Of a stretch of 64,000 bases of DNA, positions 60,762 to 64,000 are shown piece after piece. The stretch covers positions 96,001 to 160,000 of the forward strand of contig CAVUZH010000022.1 in NCBI GenBank assembly GCA_963745835.1, read 5' to 3'. The translations under genes and the position numbers were made by a program. The notes beneath the pieces are model-generated. The model worked only from the letters and a program-made list of their open reading frames with translations, did no database searches and was not told where the DNA came from. Position 1 is the stretch's first letter; every line of letters begins with the position of its first letter. The DNA comes from an uncultured delta proteobacterium. GTDB taxonomy: Bacteria; Desulfobacterota; Binatia; UBA9968.

Positions 60762-61247
60762 TTGTGTGTGTCGGGGAAGCTCAAAAGCCTTGAGGAGATC
60801 AAGGCAATCGTCGTCGACGCGCGCACCAACGGCAAGAAAGTAGCTTTCACCAATGGGTGCTTCGATTTGCTTCACCGAGGACATGTGCATGTTCTAAGGG
60901 CAGCAAGAGCTTGCGCAGATCTGCTGATCGTCGGCATTAACAGCGATCAATCCGTCAAACAGATCAAGGGTCCCACGCGTCCGGTGCTGCCGGAATCGGA
61001 CCGCTGCGAGTTATTGGGCGCGATGGAAATGGTCGACTTCGTTATCCTATTTAACGAGCCGGACCCTCATAATCTGATCTCGGCCATACGGCCCGATGTG
61101 CTGGTTAAAGGCGGGGATTGGAACACCGAGAAGATCATCGGCGCGGACAATGTAGAGGAAGCAGGCGGTAGAGTAGTGGTCGTTCCCTATATAAAGGGTT
61201 TTTCAACAACAGAAATAATCGAGAGGATAAAGAACTCAGATGGCTAG
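60762..61247 (+). CDS. rfaE2: D-glycero-beta-D-manno-heptose 1-phosphate adenylyltransferase
   Basis: [42 protein letters not shown]. Confidence 0.93.
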   Translation: MCVSGKLKSLEEIKAIVVDARTNGKKVAFTNGCFDLLHRGHVHVLRAARACADLLIVGINSDQSVKQIKGPTRPVLPESDRCELLGAMEMVDFVILFNEPDPHNLISAIRPDVLVKGGDWNTEKIIGADNVEEAGGRVVVVPYIKGFSTTEIIERIKNSDG

Positions 61248-61431
61248 AATTTGCTCCCTATGCGGCAAAGGTCGCTCGGTCGGAAACAGTGTCAGCCACG
61301 CCAACAACAAAACTAAGCGCACCTGGCGTCCGAACTTGCAGCGCGTTAAGGGCAACTTTGACGGTCAAGTTAAACGCGCATTGGTATGCACTGATTGCAT
61401 CCATTCAGGCCGGGTTCAAAAAGTCGCCTGA
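61240..61431 (+). CDS. rpmB: 50S ribosomal protein L28 (Zn-ribbon form)
   Basis: [10 protein letters not shown]...[20 protein letters not shown]...VCTDC. Confidence 0.96.
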   Translation: MARICSLCGKGRSVGNSVSHANNKTKRTWRPNLQRVKGNFDGQVKRALVCTDCIHSGRVQKVA

Positions 61432-61449
61432 CGTTTAAACATAGGAGCC

Positions 61450-63663
61450 TTACTGAACTTCTGCTTTCGCTGCCTGATCTCTTTCCGGCGTACCGCCGGT
61501 GCGACCGCGCGCGCGAACCGCTTTATAGACTCCATTCACTTTCAAGATGTTCTGCAGCACCTCTTTTAGGTGCTCGGAGTTCTTGATCATGACCTCGAAG
61601 GTGTTCACTGCTTTTTGTCCCGTGAACGTTCGAATCTGAGCGCGCGCAATATTGGCTTTGGCGCTGGTGATCGCGGCGCTAATTGCGGCTAATAGGCCGG
61701 GCTGATCCACGCAACTCACTTCGATCTTCACCGGACGAGGCGCCTGAACATTTTCTTCCCAGGTAACCTCAATTTTGCGGTGGGGATCGCTCTCAAGAAT
61801 GGTCGGGCAGCCGACGGTATGAACGGTGACGCCCCTGCCGCGGGTTATAAAGCCGACGATGTGTTCTCCGGGTAGCGGATGGCAGCACAAAGCGAACCGA
61901 ACCAGCACGTCGTCGATCCCTTTGACGCGAATCCCGAGATGCTTGATTTTTCCTGATGCCAGGCGGAAGAGCCGTTCGAGTGAACTTTCAGGCTGTTTGT
62001 GCCCGGGCTCGAGTTTTTCCGGTGGAACAAGCTTTACTAAAATCTGGCGCGCGGTGATCCGGCCGTAGCCCAGCGCCGCCAATAATGCCTCCTCATCCTT
62101 CAGGCCAAGCTCCTTGGGCAAAACCTGCAGCTTGCCCTGGGTTCTCAAGACTCCGTAATCCATGCCATGCCGATGCAGATCGCTCTCCAAAATTTCCCGC
62201 CCTAGAGCGACGCTGCGCTCGCGCTGCTGCGCCTTAAGCCAATTTCTTATCTTGGATTTGGCCCTTGGTGTCTTGACCAATTTCAACCAGTCCCGGCTCG
62301 GGACCTGCTGAGGCGTCGTGATGATTTCGACAGTGTCGCCGCTACGTAAAATGTACTTTAACGAAACCAGTTGGCCGTTAACCCTGGCTCCGGAGCAGTG
62401 CAGCCCTATGTCGGAGTGAATGCGGTAAGCGAAATCGATAACCGTCGAGCCCTTAGGGAAGTTGAGCAAATCACCTTTAGGCGTAAAAACATAAAGCCCT
62501 TCGGAAAAAAGGTCATCTTTCAAGCTATGCAGAAACTCCTGCGGATCTTGCAGATTCTGTTGCCATTCTAGCAGCTGACGCAGCCAGGTGTATCGTTGTA
62601 TGTCGCTGACGTGGAAATCTTCTCCTTCTTTATAGCGCCAGTGCGCTGCGATGCCTTCTTCCGCCACTCGATGCATTTCGTGGGTTCGGATTTGAATTTC
62701 CATTCTTTCACCGTACGGACCGATAACACTGGTGTGCAGCGATTGATACATATTCGGTTTAGGCACCGCGATATAGTCTTTAAACCGCCCTGAAACGGGA
62801 CGCCAATGCGAATGGATGATACCCAATGCTTCGTAAGCTTCTCTCGGAGTGTCCACTAGAACCCGAAACCCGACCAGATCGTAGATTTGATCGTAGAGCA
62901 AATTCTGACTCTCCATCTTCTGGTAAATACTGAAGAAGTGTTTGGGCCTGCCGGTCACATCGGCCTCGATCCCTTCGGACTCGAGTTTGCGCGCAATGAC
63001 TGAAATCACTTCTTCGATATATTTTTCTCGGTCGGTTTTCTTCCTGGCGACATTGCGCTTAAGCTGATGATAGATCTCGGGATGCAAGTACTTGAGCGAC
63101 AAGTCCTCCAGTTCGGTTTTGATCCAGGCGATGCCCAGTCGATGCGCCATCGGCGCATAAATATCCAGACTTTCTTGCGCCGTCAGGATCTGCTTGTCGG
63201 GCGGCATGTGATCGAGCGTCCGCATGTTGTGAACACGATCGGCGAGCTTGATGAGAATGACCCGAACATCCTTCCCCATGGCACCGAGCATCTTGCGAAA
63301 GTTCTCTGCTTGTTTCTCTTCGCGGCTGCTAAAGTTGGTCCGGCTCAGTTTGGTGACGCCATCAACTAGAGCCGTAATTTCCTTGCCGAAGATGCTTTTG
63401 AGCTCATCGAGGCTCGTCAAGGTATCCTCGACCGTGTCATGCAGCAAACCACCGACGATGCTGGGCTCATCGAGCTTCAAGTCGCTGATGATGCTGGCTA
63501 CGGCCAGAGGGTGAATTAGATAAGGCTCACCTGAGGCTCTTTTCTGCCCCTGATGAACTTTGGCGGAGAATTCGTAGGCCTTGCGGATGACCTCCACGTC
63601 AGCGGCGGGATGATACGACCGGACCTTCTCAATCACGTCGCCAATCTTGATGTCCTTACTCAT
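61450..63663 (-). CDS. spoT: Bifunctional (p)ppGpp synthetase/hydrolase (Rel/SpoT)
   Basis: LLHDTVED hydrolase motif intact, KDYIAVPKPNMYQSLH, TGS (VFTPKG), CCHP, ACT domain. Confidence 0.96.
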   Translation of the reverse strand: MSKDIKIGDVIEKVRSYHPAADVEVIRKAYEFSAKVHQGQKRASGEPYLIHPLAVASIISDLKLDEPSIVGGLLHDTVEDTLTSLDELKSIFGKEITALVDGVTKLSRTNFSSREEKQAENFRKMLGAMGKDVRVILIKLADRVHNMRTLDHMPPDKQILTAQESLDIYAPMAHRLGIAWIKTELEDLSLKYLHPEIYHQLKRNVARKKTDREKYIEEVISVIARKLESEGIEADVTGRPKHFFSIYQKMESQNLLYDQIYDLVGFRVLVDTPREAYEALGIIHSHWRPVSGRFKDYIAVPKPNMYQSLHTSVIGPYGERMEIQIRTHEMHRVAEEGIAAHWRYKEGEDFHVSDIQRYTWLRQLLEWQQNLQDPQEFLHSLKDDLFSEGLYVFTPKGDLLNFPKGSTVIDFAYRIHSDIGLHCSGARVNGQLVSLKYILRSGDTVEIITTPQQVPSRDWLKLVKTPRAKSKIRNWLKAQQRERSVALGREILESDLHRHGMDYGVLRTQGKLQVLPKELGLKDEEALLAALGYGRITARQILVKLVPPEKLEPGHKQPESSLERLFRLASGKIKHLGIRVKGIDDVLVRFALCCHPLPGEHIVGFITRGRGVTVHTVGCPTILESDPHRKIEVTWEENVQAPRPVKIEVSCVDQPGLLAAISAAITSAKANIARAQIRTFTGQKAVNTFEVMIKNSEHLKEVLQNILKVNGVYKAVRARGRTGGTPERDQAAKAEVQ

Positions 63664-64000
63664 ACGTTACGAACTTTTGCTTGCCTTCTTAAAGGAGCGA
63701 TTCCCCAAGCTGTAACCCTTGAAATCTTTTGCCTTTCGGCCAAAATAATCGCTTCCAAGGTTCCCACAGCTTCTTCGATATCGCTATTAACTATATAGTA
63801 ATCGTACTGAATTACATCCCGGATTTCACGCCGGGCATTGGCCAAGCGCCGGCGGATGATCGCACGATCATCCGTGGCACGGCCGCCCAATCGCCGCTTC
63901 AATTCGCTCCACGACGGCGGCAGCAAGAAAATCGATACCGCTTCAGGATATTTTCTTTTGATCTGCCGGGCGCCCTGCACGTCGATGTCCAGGAACAGAT
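63660..64000 (-). CDS. gmk: Guanylate kinase, 5' end beyond window
   Basis: LDIDVQGARQIK, IFLLPPS..EL..RL..RATD, YDYYIVN. Confidence 0.93.
   Translation of the reverse strand, partial: LFLDIDVQGARQIKRKYPEAVSIFLLPPSWSELKRRLGGRATDDRAIIRRRLANARREIRDVIQYDYYIVNSDIEEAVGTLEAIILAERQKISRVTAWGIAPLRRQAKVRNV

Overview
Moderately GC-rich bacterial chromosomal segment. The gene content (many orphan NMT1/THI5/TauA-type solute-binding proteins, LLM oxidoreductases, two UbiD decarboxylases, VOC and amidohydrolase genes, a CoxMSL-like molybdoenzyme) resembles Candidatus Binatia/deltaproteobacterial genomes; this is inference only. About 1-60 kb is accessory catabolic/transport territory scattered with repeats and decayed elements. 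The right end is housekeeping (rfaE2, rpmB, relA/spoT, gmk). Main highlights: (1) a glutathione S-transferase whose N-terminus the ORF track missed, with an in-frame TGA at the catalytic Cys position followed 11 nt later by a perfect hairpin, i.e. a probable selenoprotein with SECIS; (2) a ~985-bp insert with only 4 cytosines, flanked by a 57/58-bp direct repeat, that still reads as a C-stripped TylF/MycF O-methyltransferase (artefact, modified DNA or hypermutation); (3) a sensor kinase with an ETR1-like ethylene-binding domain; (4) a transposase-free structured ncRNA candidate at ~26.9-27.1 kb; (5) three co-oriented 3' remnants of a REP-associated tyrosine transposase alternating with cargo genes. 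Several single-base frameshifts suggest a long-read consensus with local errors.
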